Below, piece by piece: positions 1 to 8,781 of a stretch of DNA of 64,000 nucleotides. The position numbers were made by a program, and so were the translations under genes. Every line of letters begins with the position of its first letter. Position 1 is the first letter of the stretch. The stretch spans positions 1,600,001 to 1,664,000 of the forward strand of contig OY762654.1 of NCBI GenBank assembly GCA_963666205.1. Reading direction: 5' to 3'. The notes beneath the pieces are model-generated. The model ran no database searches. It was not told where the DNA came from and worked only from the letters and a program-made list of their open reading frames with translations. This DNA is from Synergistales bacterium (GTDB taxonomy: Bacteria; Synergistota; Synergistia; Synergistales; JAFGMB01).

Positions 1-212
1 TCTGTGGGTTCAAGGTCCTGCACTCTGTCCGATACAGAAGAAAGGATATAGTTCCGTGAACTGCTCCTGTCTTCCGACTCTATGGTGAGCCTTTTTTTCA
101 ATGCATCAAGAGTGGCTCCCCGTCTCTGGTAGACCTGCACTCTGAAACCTCCATCCAGGAGTTTCGAGGCAAATATGCTCCCCAGGGCTCCACAGCCTGC
201 TATGGTTATCAT
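1..212 (-). CDS. Ketopantoate reductase (PanE/ApbA) family protein, third paralog; 3' end runs off the window
   Basis: Not in the ORF track. Manual translation from ATG at 212 gives MITIAGCGALGSIFASKLLDGGFRVQVYQRRGATLDALKKKGLTI, nearly the same N-terminal Rossmann motif as the two neighbours. ATGA overlap with the upstream stop at 209-211. Confidence 0.85.
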   Translation of the reverse strand, partial: MITIAGCGALGSIFASKLLDGGFRVQVYQRRGATLDALKKRLTIESEDRSSSRNYILSSVSDRVQDLEPT

Positions 213-1144
213 GAGAGCATACCTTCATTGTGCGCAGCAGCCTCATCCATGGAACGGATAAGGGAATAGAGAGTCCTGGTGTAAGGGAATTCGGCCCTTT
301 CTTTTGCCAGCTCGAGGATCTGGCCAGCTATGCTTTCTATCTCCGTCTTCCTTCCCTTCTCCACATCCTGAAGCATGGATGAACGGTTCCGGGCGGTCAT
401 CTCCATGGTTGATACCACCATTTTCCAGAGTTCCCCGCCATCCAGTTCAACATCTCTCCGCCTCGCCGCCGCCCGGGTCTCTTCACATATCTTCTGCATC
501 ATTGCAAGGACGGGCTCAGATTTGAGAAGATCACCGTTCCGAAGTCCGGTAAGGGCGGTAATGGTGTTTATGGTAGCGTTCACAGCCACTTTTTTCCACA
601 GAAAGGGTTTGGGATCGGTGACGTAAGAGACGTTCAGACCAGCTTCTTCCAGAAGATCACAGACCCATTTCATGGAGGTTTCTTTCTTCCATGGACCAAG
701 GGTTATCTGCCCATCCCCTCCCCATCCGATCACCCCGGGAGAGATGCGGAATGCCGCGTAATTTGTTATTCCTGCCGCTACTTTTTTTTCGCCGAAACCC
801 TTTACAAGGGTTTCGGCATTACCCAATCCGTTCTGGAGGGTAAGAACCACTCCATCTTCTTCGAGAATACTGCTTACGGGAAAGATCTGACCTGTATCAT
901 AAGATTTCACCAGAACAAGTACCAGCCGTGTTTTTTCAAGATCTGAAGGGTCATCAGATATTCTCTTTAAGGAAAAGGTCCTGGTACTTCCATCTTTATC
1001 TCCATTTATGGTGATACCTCTGTCTCTGAGGATATCAAAGTGGGAACCCCTTCTCTGAAAGGCCTGGACTTCAAGGCCTCCTTCTATCATTCTGGCTGCA
1101 AGGAGACTTCCAAGGGCACCGCAGCCAGCTATGGTAACTAACAT
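209..1144 (-). CDS. panE: 2-dehydropantoate 2-reductase (PanE/ApbA family)
   Basis: GxGALG, VKSYD, LQNGLGN, WKK..N, SSMLQD..GRKTEI motifs. ATG at 1144 lies 9 nt after GAGGAG (ORF track start is GTG 1153). Confidence 0.85.
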   Translation of the reverse strand: MLVTIAGCGALGSLLAARMIEGGLEVQAFQRRGSHFDILRDRGITINGDKDGSTRTFSLKRISDDPSDLEKTRLVLVLVKSYDTGQIFPVSSILEEDGVVLTLQNGLGNAETLVKGFGEKKVAAGITNYAAFRISPGVIGWGGDGQITLGPWKKETSMKWVCDLLEEAGLNVSYVTDPKPFLWKKVAVNATINTITALTGLRNGDLLKSEPVLAMMQKICEETRAAARRRDVELDGGELWKMVVSTMEMTARNRSSMLQDVEKGRKTEIESIAGQILELAKERAEFPYTRTLYSLIRSMDEAAAHNEGMLS

Positions 1145-1173
1145 AGGCTTCACTCCTCAGGAGAAGATCTGAG

Positions 1174-2100
1174 CTAGATGTTTCCCCTGCTCAGATCAAT
1201 GGCTTTAAGCAGGGAGTACATGGTCCTGGTATATGGAAAATCATTTTCATCAATTCCATATTTGAGTATCTCCCCTGCAATACTGTCTACTTCCATTTTC
1301 CTTCCTGTCTCCATATCCTGAAGCATGGAAGGTTTGTGATCAGGCGCTTTTTTCAGATTTTCCATAAAAAAAGCCCATATCTGGTCAAGATCCAGATCTA
1401 CACCTGCTCTTTTCCCCGCCTTAACTGCCTCTGAACCTATTCTTTTCATAAGTTCCAGAGAGAGATCGCTGTTATAGACCTCAAGGGGAGACATACGCGT
1501 GAGAGCAAATGTGGGATTGGCCATTACATTCATTACCAGTTTCTTCCATATAAGAGGCCTGGGATCCTCGACGTATTCGATCCGAATACCTGCGTTTTTG
1601 AGAATCCCTGCTATCCAGGACATTTCTTTTTTCCCGGATCTGGACCAGGGACCATAGGTTATGGCTCCCTTAAGCCCCTCCTTAACCACTCCAGGAGACA
1701 GGCTTACCCCTCCATAGGTGGTTATTCCTGCTGCTACCCGACCTTCTCCGAAGATATCTGAAAGTTTTTCGGCATTTCCAAGTCCATTCTGGATGGTCAG
1801 GACAATTCCGTCAGGATCCAGTCTCTCCTTGAGGGGAAAGATATCCGAAGTGCTGTAGGATTTCACCAGAACGAGGATCAGATTTGATGGAGACAGTTCC
1901 CATGCCTTATCCGAAACTGCGGCAAGAGGGAAGGTTCTCACCTCCATATTCTCTTCGGATACAAGGGTAATGCCCTGATCTTTCAGTACTTCCAGAGTTT
2001 TACCTGCCCGCTGAAAGACCTGTACCTGTAATCCCCCCCCGATCATATGGGCCGCCAGAAGGCCTCCAAGGGCACCACAGCCCGCTATGGTGATCAGCAT
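1174..2100 (-). CDS. panE: 2-dehydropantoate 2-reductase (PanE/ApbA family) paralog
   Basis: GCGALG, VKSY, IQNGLGN, WKKL..N, PSMLQD...E motifs. Confidence 0.85.
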   Translation of the reverse strand: MLITIAGCGALGGLLAAHMIGGGLQVQVFQRAGKTLEVLKDQGITLVSEENMEVRTFPLAAVSDKAWELSPSNLILVLVKSYSTSDIFPLKERLDPDGIVLTIQNGLGNAEKLSDIFGEGRVAAGITTYGGVSLSPGVVKEGLKGAITYGPWSRSGKKEMSWIAGILKNAGIRIEYVEDPRPLIWKKLVMNVMANPTFALTRMSPLEVYNSDLSLELMKRIGSEAVKAGKRAGVDLDLDQIWAFFMENLKKAPDHKPSMLQDMETGRKMEVDSIAGEILKYGIDENDFPYTRTMYSLLKAIDLSRGNI

Positions 2101-2189
2101 TTTCCTGCCCCCTCTAAAAAAACACGAAAGTCCCCGAGCATAAAACCCGGGGATCCATTTTGAATTCCAATATCAAGGTTACCATAAAA

Positions 2190-2681
2190 TCAGTCGATAA
2201 ATTCACGTATGAAAGATTCCATAGCTCCATCAAGGATACCTGCGTGTTTCAATAACTTGAGTTCAGGATCATTAATAAAGGTTCCAGCAAAAAAAAGGGC
2301 AGAGTTTATTATGAGGTTTCCTTCCTCAATTCCCATGAGATAACCCACATAATGGAGATTGGAGGCATAAAAGCGGTTCCTGAAATCTTCAAGCTCGTTG
2401 CCTGTATCCAGAGGAGCTTCGTATACCCCCCCATCCATACATTCCACAAACCTGTCAACACATGGAGCTGTAAAACTGAAAAAAACAAGTTTTCCTTCCC
2501 TGTTCATCTGTTCAAAAACGGAGCTCCGGCTGATATCGATGGATACAGGCTGATCCCCAAGTTTTCCAACAATGTAAACGGAGCTGAAGGGATCGACGAA
2601 TTGATCTACCTCAAAATCTACAAGGCTATCGATAAATCCCTCAAGGTCAAATTTTTCGAGGGAAATTTTTAAAAGTTCCAT
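2190..2681 (-). CDS. Hypothetical acidic protein (163 aa)
   Basis: ORF with AAAGGAG RBS, 27 bp downstream of the AlbA_2 gene on the same strand; no recognisable motif. Confidence 0.65.
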   Translation of the reverse strand: MELLKISLEKFDLEGFIDSLVDFEVDQFVDPFSSVYIVGKLGDQPVSIDISRSSVFEQMNREGKLVFFSFTAPCVDRFVECMDGGVYEAPLDTGNELEDFRNRFYASNLHYVGYLMGIEEGNLIINSALFFAGTFINDPELKLLKHAGILDGAMESFIREFID

Positions 2682-2708
2682 CCATTTTTCTCTCCTTTAA
2701 CTGCAGTA

Positions 2709-4238
2709 TCAGAAAAGCAGGGTCTGCCTGTCTTTTTGCTCTGCAGCAAGCTGATAGGTACTCCATCTTGCAGAACCGAACCTGTCCAGGAGGCTGTAAT
2801 TCACAAGTTCTGAAAGTTCTCTCGTAGCGATCCGCGAGTCAACTCCTGTAAGCCTGCAATAATCACTGTTATTGATCCATCCCGTGTGCTTGATATGAGC
2901 GAGGGCATATCTCTGGCTCTCCGTAAGGGTTTTCCCCCTGTTGATTATATCCAGCCATTCCAGGGTTGGTCCATCGAAAAGGGTTCTGTTAGAAAGGACC
3001 AGCCGGAAACGGGCAAGGTCCACCTTGAAACCGGGAGGGGAAAGACGATCTTTCCTGCATGATGTCATTATGGCCGCAAGCCCCGATCCCCTGTTCTCAC
3101 ATAGAGGTCTGGATTCACCGGATGGAGAAAGATTTTCCAGGATGTTCATAAGGATCTCGTTTCTGGATGATTGTACTCCCACCTCTCCAAGGCTATCTGG
3201 TAGGATAGCCCCGTAAATGCCTCCCGGACTTATGATTTCAAGCCTGTCGGGGAATATGAGCATCTGTACCTGACATACCCTGGCCTGAGGGGAATAATCC
3301 CTGTGACCCAGAGCATTTATAATGCCTTCCCGGATAACTTCTTCAGGATATTCCCAGCGTTCTTCCCTGAACATTCCCCTTATGATGTCCCTTCTCTGCA
3401 TATTTCTCTTTGCGGTTTTTATAGTCTGAAAAACAATTTCAGAAATTGGACCTTCAATTTTGACATTATCGAGGAATCTCTCTCCCTCAGGGCCGATCTC
3501 TCCGGCAACAGGTGTGGGAAATCTCATCAGTGTAACGCAAAGGGAGGGAAAGAATTTCTGTGGGTAGGGGGCAAAACATAGCCATCCCGCAAGAGATACA
3601 ACATATTTCCCGTATCTGTCTCTGACAAGAACCTTGGAGGCCTCGAGGATCTCCTGGTCAGTCCACTTTGAAAATGGCGTGCCTGAGCGGTTTTTCATTC
3701 TCTCCAGAAATCCCTTTAACAGAATTGGATCCAGGTCTTTAAGGGAAGTACCTTCCATGGGTTCCCCATCATACCGGGGACTGGAGGAACTTTCTGTGAT
3801 TGACTGTATCTCGTAGGAAGAAAGGACCCGTTCTCCGTCACCTGCACGAATATAGGATCCCGTAAATATTCCCTTTCCCCTGTAATAACAGGGTTTATCT
3901 TCTGGTGGAAGCTCTCCTATCTCGACAAGAAGGATGTCCTTGTCGAGAATCCTGAATTCCTGAACAAGGGGACCGAGCCTCGGTGACATCTGGGAACAGA
4001 GCACATCTATTTCTTCCTGAAGATAGTGGCTCCTCTTCACTCCCGAAATTTCGAAACCGTTTTTTTCGTCCAGGCCAAGTATAATTGCCCCTCCACCTGG
4101 TGAATTGGCAAAGGCAGAAAGGGTTTTCCAAAGATCCTTCGGAAGTTCCTTTGTCCCTTCTATAGTCTGTACAGGTATCTTGTCGTGGATTCCTGTCTGA
4201 AGGTTCTTGATTAGGTCAAGCAATTCATACCGTGTCAT
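2709..4238 (-). CDS. AlbA_2 (Schlafen-like) + HATPase_c_4 + winged-helix protein (RecG-related ATP-binding / putative regulator)
   Basis: LPKDLWKTLSAFANSPGGG..ILGLDE (AlbA_2); REGIINALGHRDYS, DRLEIISPGG, SRN, ENRGSG (HATPase_c_4); INNSDYCRL..ATRELSELV (wHTH). Confidence 0.8.
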   Translation of the reverse strand: MTRYELLDLIKNLQTGIHDKIPVQTIEGTKELPKDLWKTLSAFANSPGGGAIILGLDEKNGFEISGVKRSHYLQEEIDVLCSQMSPRLGPLVQEFRILDKDILLVEIGELPPEDKPCYYRGKGIFTGSYIRAGDGERVLSSYEIQSITESSSSPRYDGEPMEGTSLKDLDPILLKGFLERMKNRSGTPFSKWTDQEILEASKVLVRDRYGKYVVSLAGWLCFAPYPQKFFPSLCVTLMRFPTPVAGEIGPEGERFLDNVKIEGPISEIVFQTIKTAKRNMQRRDIIRGMFREERWEYPEEVIREGIINALGHRDYSPQARVCQVQMLIFPDRLEIISPGGIYGAILPDSLGEVGVQSSRNEILMNILENLSPSGESRPLCENRGSGLAAIMTSCRKDRLSPPGFKVDLARFRLVLSNRTLFDGPTLEWLDIINRGKTLTESQRYALAHIKHTGWINNSDYCRLTGVDSRIATRELSELVNYSLLDRFGSARWSTYQLAAEQKDRQTLLF

Positions 4239-4389
4239 GTCTGATCGGCTCCTTCACAGGTTGAAGTATCCTTTTAAAGAATTATCTCATTTCTTGACAG
4301 GTACATCAATTCAGTCTTTAGATTCATTAAGAAACAGGGATTCACCGGAAAGTTCCAGATAGTATAAGAAATAAACAGAGGTTCAGAAT

Positions 4390-4513
4390 TGTGGAAAAGT
4401 TATACACCATTGTGGAAATCTTTCAGCATGATAAAGTGATATTGAATATTATTGTGGACAAATACACATATTCCTTTAATCCAGGGGACTTCACAAGCCC
4501 GACTGTGTATAAT
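4390..4513. promoter_or_regulatory. Origin-distal cluster of DnaA boxes upstream of the ferredoxin gene
   Basis: TGTGGAAAA 4390, TTATACACC 4400, TGTGGAAAT 4411, TGTGGACAA 4453, TGTGTATAA 4504 (the last overlaps TATAAT at 4508-4513). Confidence 0.65.
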
Positions 4514-4540
4514 TTGACCTGTAAAGGGGGGAGGGGCAAA

Positions 4541-4750
4541 ATGATCTGGTTCTTTGGCAACAAGAAAGAGCATAAAGGGAATGCGTGGATTTCTCCTGAA
4601 AAATGTACAGGATGTGCCATGTGCCTTGCTGTCTGCCCCGTAAAGGCAATCAGACTTGACGGTCAAATTGCCATGGTTGTGGATTCAAAATGCATCAGCT
4701 GCGGCATATGCTGTATAGCATGTCCCGAGAAAGCCATACACATAAAGTGA
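4541..4750 (+). CDS. 2[4Fe-4S] ferredoxin
   Basis: Two CxxCxxCxxxCP motifs (CTGCAMCLAVCP, CISCGICCIACP). ATG 4541 follows a GGGGAGGGG RBS. Confidence 0.85.
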   Translation: MIWFFGNKKEHKGNAWISPEKCTGCAMCLAVCPVKAIRLDGQIAMVVDSKCISCGICCIACPEKAIHIK

Positions 4751-4780
4751 TTCTTTCTTCCTTATCGTTCCATTGATTTA

Positions 4781-6436
4781 TCAGGGAAGAAAATCCATGA
4801 TCTCCCTGAAGGTAAAACCCTTTTCCTCCAGAAGGATCAGGCATGCATCTACAACATCTTCTTCGTAGAGAATACCCCTGTTATTTTTCAGTTCTGAGAT
4901 GGTTCTTTCCATTCCAAGGCTTGACCGGTAGGGCCTGTGGGAAAGCATGGCCTCCACCACGTCGGCCACTGCGAGTATCTTTGCTTCCAGCATTATCTCC
5001 GAAGCTTTGAGCCCCTGGGGGTAACCAGATCCATCCAGCCTTTCATGATGCTGGTATATCATCTCGGAAATAGGCCAAGGGAACTCCACGGTCTTCAGGA
5101 TCTCTTTTCCATAGTAGGAATGAGTCCTTATCATGTCCATTTCAGTTTCAGTGATCTTCCCGGGTTTGATAAGTATGGATGACGGGATCTTGATCTTCCC
5201 CACATCGTGAACAAGGGCAGCGTACCTGATGGGAATTATCTTTTCCTCAGAAAGGTTCATTTCCTCCGCAATGGCAACGGCAAGCTGGGATACCCGCTGT
5301 TGATGGCCCCCTGTGTAGGGATCCCCCACTTCAATTATCTTTCCAAGGACTTTGATCATGTCTTCCACATTATTAAGAAGCTGTATGTTTCTTATCTCAA
5401 GCTCCTCTTCAATTTTTTTTCTGAGAAGTACTGCTCCCAGAAGGTTACAATAAAGTCTCAGATCTTCAATATCTCTCTGTTTCCACAAAAAGACTTCTTT
5501 CAAGTTCCTGACACTTACAAATCCTACTGGCATATCTTCCATGAAAAAGGGAATATTGATCATTGATACGATATTGTTTGCCTGGAAAATTGACCTTTCC
5601 CTGGAACCCTCCTCGGGAATGAGGGCCACATCCTCCACAATAAACTGTTTTTCCGTGATTATCTTCTGATAGAACCAGGCAAGATCCGACAGGTCATATT
5701 CCCTTGAAGGGAAATTGTTTTCAGAATTCTCTTCAGCAGAATACTCATGGCTGCAATACATCCTGTTATTCTCCAGATTGAAGAGAAAAACAGATACATA
5801 ACTGGATCTGAAAAAACAACATATTTCTTTCAGTGATTTTGAGATGCTGAGGTCAACATCTTCGGAGGTCATAAAGGTTGATGATATATTCGCTATCAGG
5901 GATTCAAAACCAAGCCTCAGTTCAAGGTTACGTTCTGCATCTCTGATCTGGGAAAGATCTCTGTATACGGCATAGGCCGAAGCACCTGCCATACCCTTTA
6001 CAATTGGCATGGCAAGGATGGAAACTGGAAGAAGGGTCCCATCCTTCCTTCTCCGAACAGTTTCTATCAGGCTTCCACACCCCGAACGGGCTTTAAGTGT
6101 CACTTCACGGGCTTCCTCCTTCAGGCCGGAAGAGCGGGTTATAATCTGATCCAGATCTTTACCCTCAAGTTCTTTCCCGGAATAGCCGAACATCTCGCAG
6201 AATTTTTTGTTCACCCTGCAGATTAAGCAGTTTTCATCGACCATGACAACACCCTCGGGAAAGTTATCGAAAAAACACTGCCAGTAATTTTCTTCCTTTT
6301 CAAGCTGTATATTTTCTCTCAAGATCCCTGGACCGGACAGATCTTTATCTTCCATAATAAAAAGCTGCTCCGGTTCAAACACTATCTCCTCTTCTCCTGC
6401 TACAATGTCATGTTTCCTTAACATGAAGACCTCCAT
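4781..6436 (-). CDS. PAS-GAF-HD-GYP cyclic-di-GMP phosphodiesterase
   Basis: PAS (FPEGVVMVD..VNKKFCEMFGYS..RRKDG), GAF-like middle region, DPYTGGHQQRV, HDVGKI, HHERLDGSGYP. Confidence 0.9.
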   Translation of the reverse strand: MEVFMLRKHDIVAGEEEIVFEPEQLFIMEDKDLSGPGILRENIQLEKEENYWQCFFDNFPEGVVMVDENCLICRVNKKFCEMFGYSGKELEGKDLDQIITRSSGLKEEAREVTLKARSGCGSLIETVRRRKDGTLLPVSILAMPIVKGMAGASAYAVYRDLSQIRDAERNLELRLGFESLIANISSTFMTSEDVDLSISKSLKEICCFFRSSYVSVFLFNLENNRMYCSHEYSAEENSENNFPSREYDLSDLAWFYQKIITEKQFIVEDVALIPEEGSRERSIFQANNIVSMINIPFFMEDMPVGFVSVRNLKEVFLWKQRDIEDLRLYCNLLGAVLLRKKIEEELEIRNIQLLNNVEDMIKVLGKIIEVGDPYTGGHQQRVSQLAVAIAEEMNLSEEKIIPIRYAALVHDVGKIKIPSSILIKPGKITETEMDMIRTHSYYGKEILKTVEFPWPISEMIYQHHERLDGSGYPQGLKASEIMLEAKILAVADVVEAMLSHRPYRSSLGMERTISELKNNRGILYEEDVVDACLILLEEKGFTFREIMDFLP

Positions 6437-6529
6437 CGGTTAATAGAATAAGGGAACACAGTCAGTCTATGGATCACTCATCACACTCTGATCGACAAAG
6501 CTTATCATAGTTTAATGTTTATACTCAAC

Positions 6530-6572
6530 AAAAAAAGGTTCCAATCCCCGTCGGGAACTGGAACCTTCATTT
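6530..6572 (-). terminator. Rho-independent terminator downstream of the PPIase gene
   Basis: AAGGTTCCA..TGGAACCTT stem with an A-run on + (U-run on -). Confidence 0.65.
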
Positions 6573-6599
6573 TCTCGCAACATATACAAAGGGTATTAA

Positions 6600-7520
6600 T
6601 TAATTTTTGGCTTCAGGTGCCTTATCTCCGCTGTCTTCTTTCTGTTCCTCCGCTTTTTCCTCAAAGAACTCGGCAGGGTGCTTCGTCTTCAGTTCTGTAA
6701 GGGTCTCATCATATTTCCTGAACTGTTTCTCATTGAGGAGCTTTTCATTTATCTGTTCATTTACCTCAGCGAGTTCCTTGATCCTTTCAGGTTTCTTTTC
6801 ATCAACGCGGATTATGTGCCATCCATATTCTGTCTTGACAGGTTCGCTCAGGTTGCCTGCCTCAAGGGAAAAAGCCGCTTCCTCGAACTCTTTTACCATC
6901 TGCCCCCTGGCAAAAAATCCGAGTTCTCCTCCCTTTTCTTTTGAAGGACAGCTTGAAAATTCTGTTGCTGCCTCTTCAAAGGTCTTCTCTCCACCCTCAA
7001 GCATGGCAAGGATCTCTATGGCCTGATCCTCACTGGCTACAAGGATATGGGAAGCCTTGACCTGTTCCGGCTCCTTGAACTCTTCCTTATGCTCCTCAAA
7101 ATACTTTGCAACCTCTTCTTCACTTACAGTGATATCTTTCATAACCTCTTTCATAGCGTAGTTACTCATCAGGTTTTTACGGATATTTTCAAGGTCAGCC
7201 TTGAAATCATCCCTTTCAGCTACGTTGTTATCCTCTGCCCAGAGATAAAACAGTTCCTTGTTAACAAGCTCGTTGAGTATACGTTTTCTTCCGTAATCAG
7301 TATTGAACATAAAAGACTGCTGAGGAGGAAGCTGGGAAATTACCGCATCTACATCTTTAACCCTGATCTCCACATCGCCAACTTTAGCAAGGACCTTTTC
7401 TACATCCCTTTGCTCTTTTTCGGCAGGGACCTTTTCCTGTGCGAAAGCAACAACACTGAAGACCATTACAAAAACAAGAACGAGAAGTACTAATCTGGAA
7501 TATCTAGAAGATCCTGACAT
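6600..7520 (-). CDS. PpiC/parvulin-type peptidyl-prolyl isomerase (PrsA-like foldase), exported
   Basis: Signal peptide ending VAFA; ASHILV, FEEAA.EFS.CPSKEKGGELGFF.RGQMVKEFE, VKTEYGWHII. Confidence 0.9.
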   Translation of the reverse strand: MSGSSRYSRLVLLVLVFVMVFSVVAFAQEKVPAEKEQRDVEKVLAKVGDVEIRVKDVDAVISQLPPQQSFMFNTDYGRKRILNELVNKELFYLWAEDNNVAERDDFKADLENIRKNLMSNYAMKEVMKDITVSEEEVAKYFEEHKEEFKEPEQVKASHILVASEDQAIEILAMLEGGEKTFEEAATEFSSCPSKEKGGELGFFARGQMVKEFEEAAFSLEAGNLSEPVKTEYGWHIIRVDEKKPERIKELAEVNEQINEKLLNEKQFRKYDETLTELKTKHPAEFFEEKAEEQKEDSGDKAPEAKN

Positions 7521-7612
7521 TTACATTCCTCCTAAAGGGAAATTTAAATTACCCGACAAGTCTATCATAAAGATAAATAACCCGATGGGTTGGAACAAAA
7601 AAACAGGTAATA

Positions 7613-8644
7613 TTACTTACCGGAATTATGATAGCTGTTATAGAACTCCTCATAATCTGCAAGCATGGTCTTCAGCAGGGCAGGCGTATCAAGACCATAG
7701 GGGCACCTGCTTGTACACTGACCACAGTTCCTGCATTCCCTTATCGTTTCCATTTTATTCTTCCACTCTTCTGTCATGTACTGCCGGAATGGTGCACGTC
7801 TCAGAAGAAAAGCCATGCGAGCAGCCTGTGGAATATCGATACCGGCCGGACAGGGCATGCAGTACCCGCAGCTGCGGCAGAAATTGCCTGCAAGGTCCTT
7901 TCGGTCCTTTTCTATCTTTTTGAACATATCTTCATCCAGTTCGGGAGGATCTTTCTCAAGGGCGAGAAACTGATCCAGTTCCCACTCCCTCTGGATTCCC
8001 CAGATGGGAACCACATTGTCAAACTTTCTGAAGAAAGCAAAGGGTATGGATGCATCGGTCACAAGACCGCCCGACAATCCCTTCATTGCGATCACACCCA
8101 CATCATGTTTTTTACAAAGGGATATGAGTTCCAGGTCCTTGTCTGCCGAGAGATGGTTCAGGGGAAACTGTATCGTATCGTACAATTCCGAGGCAGCCGC
8201 CTCCAGGGCCACATCAAGTGTATGGCTGGTCAGCCCTATAAAACGTATTTTACCTTCTTCCCTTGCTTTGAGGGCCTCATCGTAAAGACCGGTTTCATCA
8301 CCGGGCCTGGGCACTTTTTTGGCATTATGGAACTGATATATGTCAATATAGTCAGTTTTCATATTTTCCAGACTGGTTCCCAGATGTTCTCTGAGTTCCA
8401 CTCCATCCTTACCATGGCTTTTAGTGGAAATTACGATATCTTCCCTTAAATGAGCAAGGGAATAACCTATTTTTTCCTCGCTGTCCGTATAACTTCTGGC
8501 GGTATCAAAATAATTGATACCCCCTTCATAGGCTTTCTGAAGCAGATACTTTGCCTCATCAAAGGTAACCCGCTGTATGGGTAGAGCTCCAAAGGAACTT
8601 TTTGTGACCATGAGTCCCGTTCTTCCAAGCCGCATCCTATCCAA
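7613..8644 (-). CDS. Aldo/keto reductase with C-terminal 4Fe-4S domain
   Basis: GINYFDTARSY, DYIDIYQFH; C-terminal CRSCGYCMPCP and CRNCGQCTSRCP. Confidence 0.9.
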   Translation of the reverse strand: MDRMRLGRTGLMVTKSSFGALPIQRVTFDEAKYLLQKAYEGGINYFDTARSYTDSEEKIGYSLAHLREDIVISTKSHGKDGVELREHLGTSLENMKTDYIDIYQFHNAKKVPRPGDETGLYDEALKAREEGKIRFIGLTSHTLDVALEAAASELYDTIQFPLNHLSADKDLELISLCKKHDVGVIAMKGLSGGLVTDASIPFAFFRKFDNVVPIWGIQREWELDQFLALEKDPPELDEDMFKKIEKDRKDLAGNFCRSCGYCMPCPAGIDIPQAARMAFLLRRAPFRQYMTEEWKNKMETIRECRNCGQCTSRCPYGLDTPALLKTMLADYEEFYNSYHNSGK

Positions 8645-8781
8645 TACTGTTCCCTCCTTTACTGTAATGACAAACCTATTATACCTTCATTTCTCCAGAG
8701 AAATAACATGGATATCAGTTGATCCTGAAAACAGATCAAAGAAAGAAAAACAACGGATGGATAAATGATAAAGGGAAAAAC

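Noticed and set aside
4391-4540. N-terminal extension of the ferredoxin ORF
   Set aside because: It runs through the DnaA boxes and promoter; the RBS supports ATG 4541.
7628-8449. 273-aa plus-strand ORF and the many other short antisense ORFs
   Set aside because: They lie opposite well-supported genes and show no motifs or RBS.
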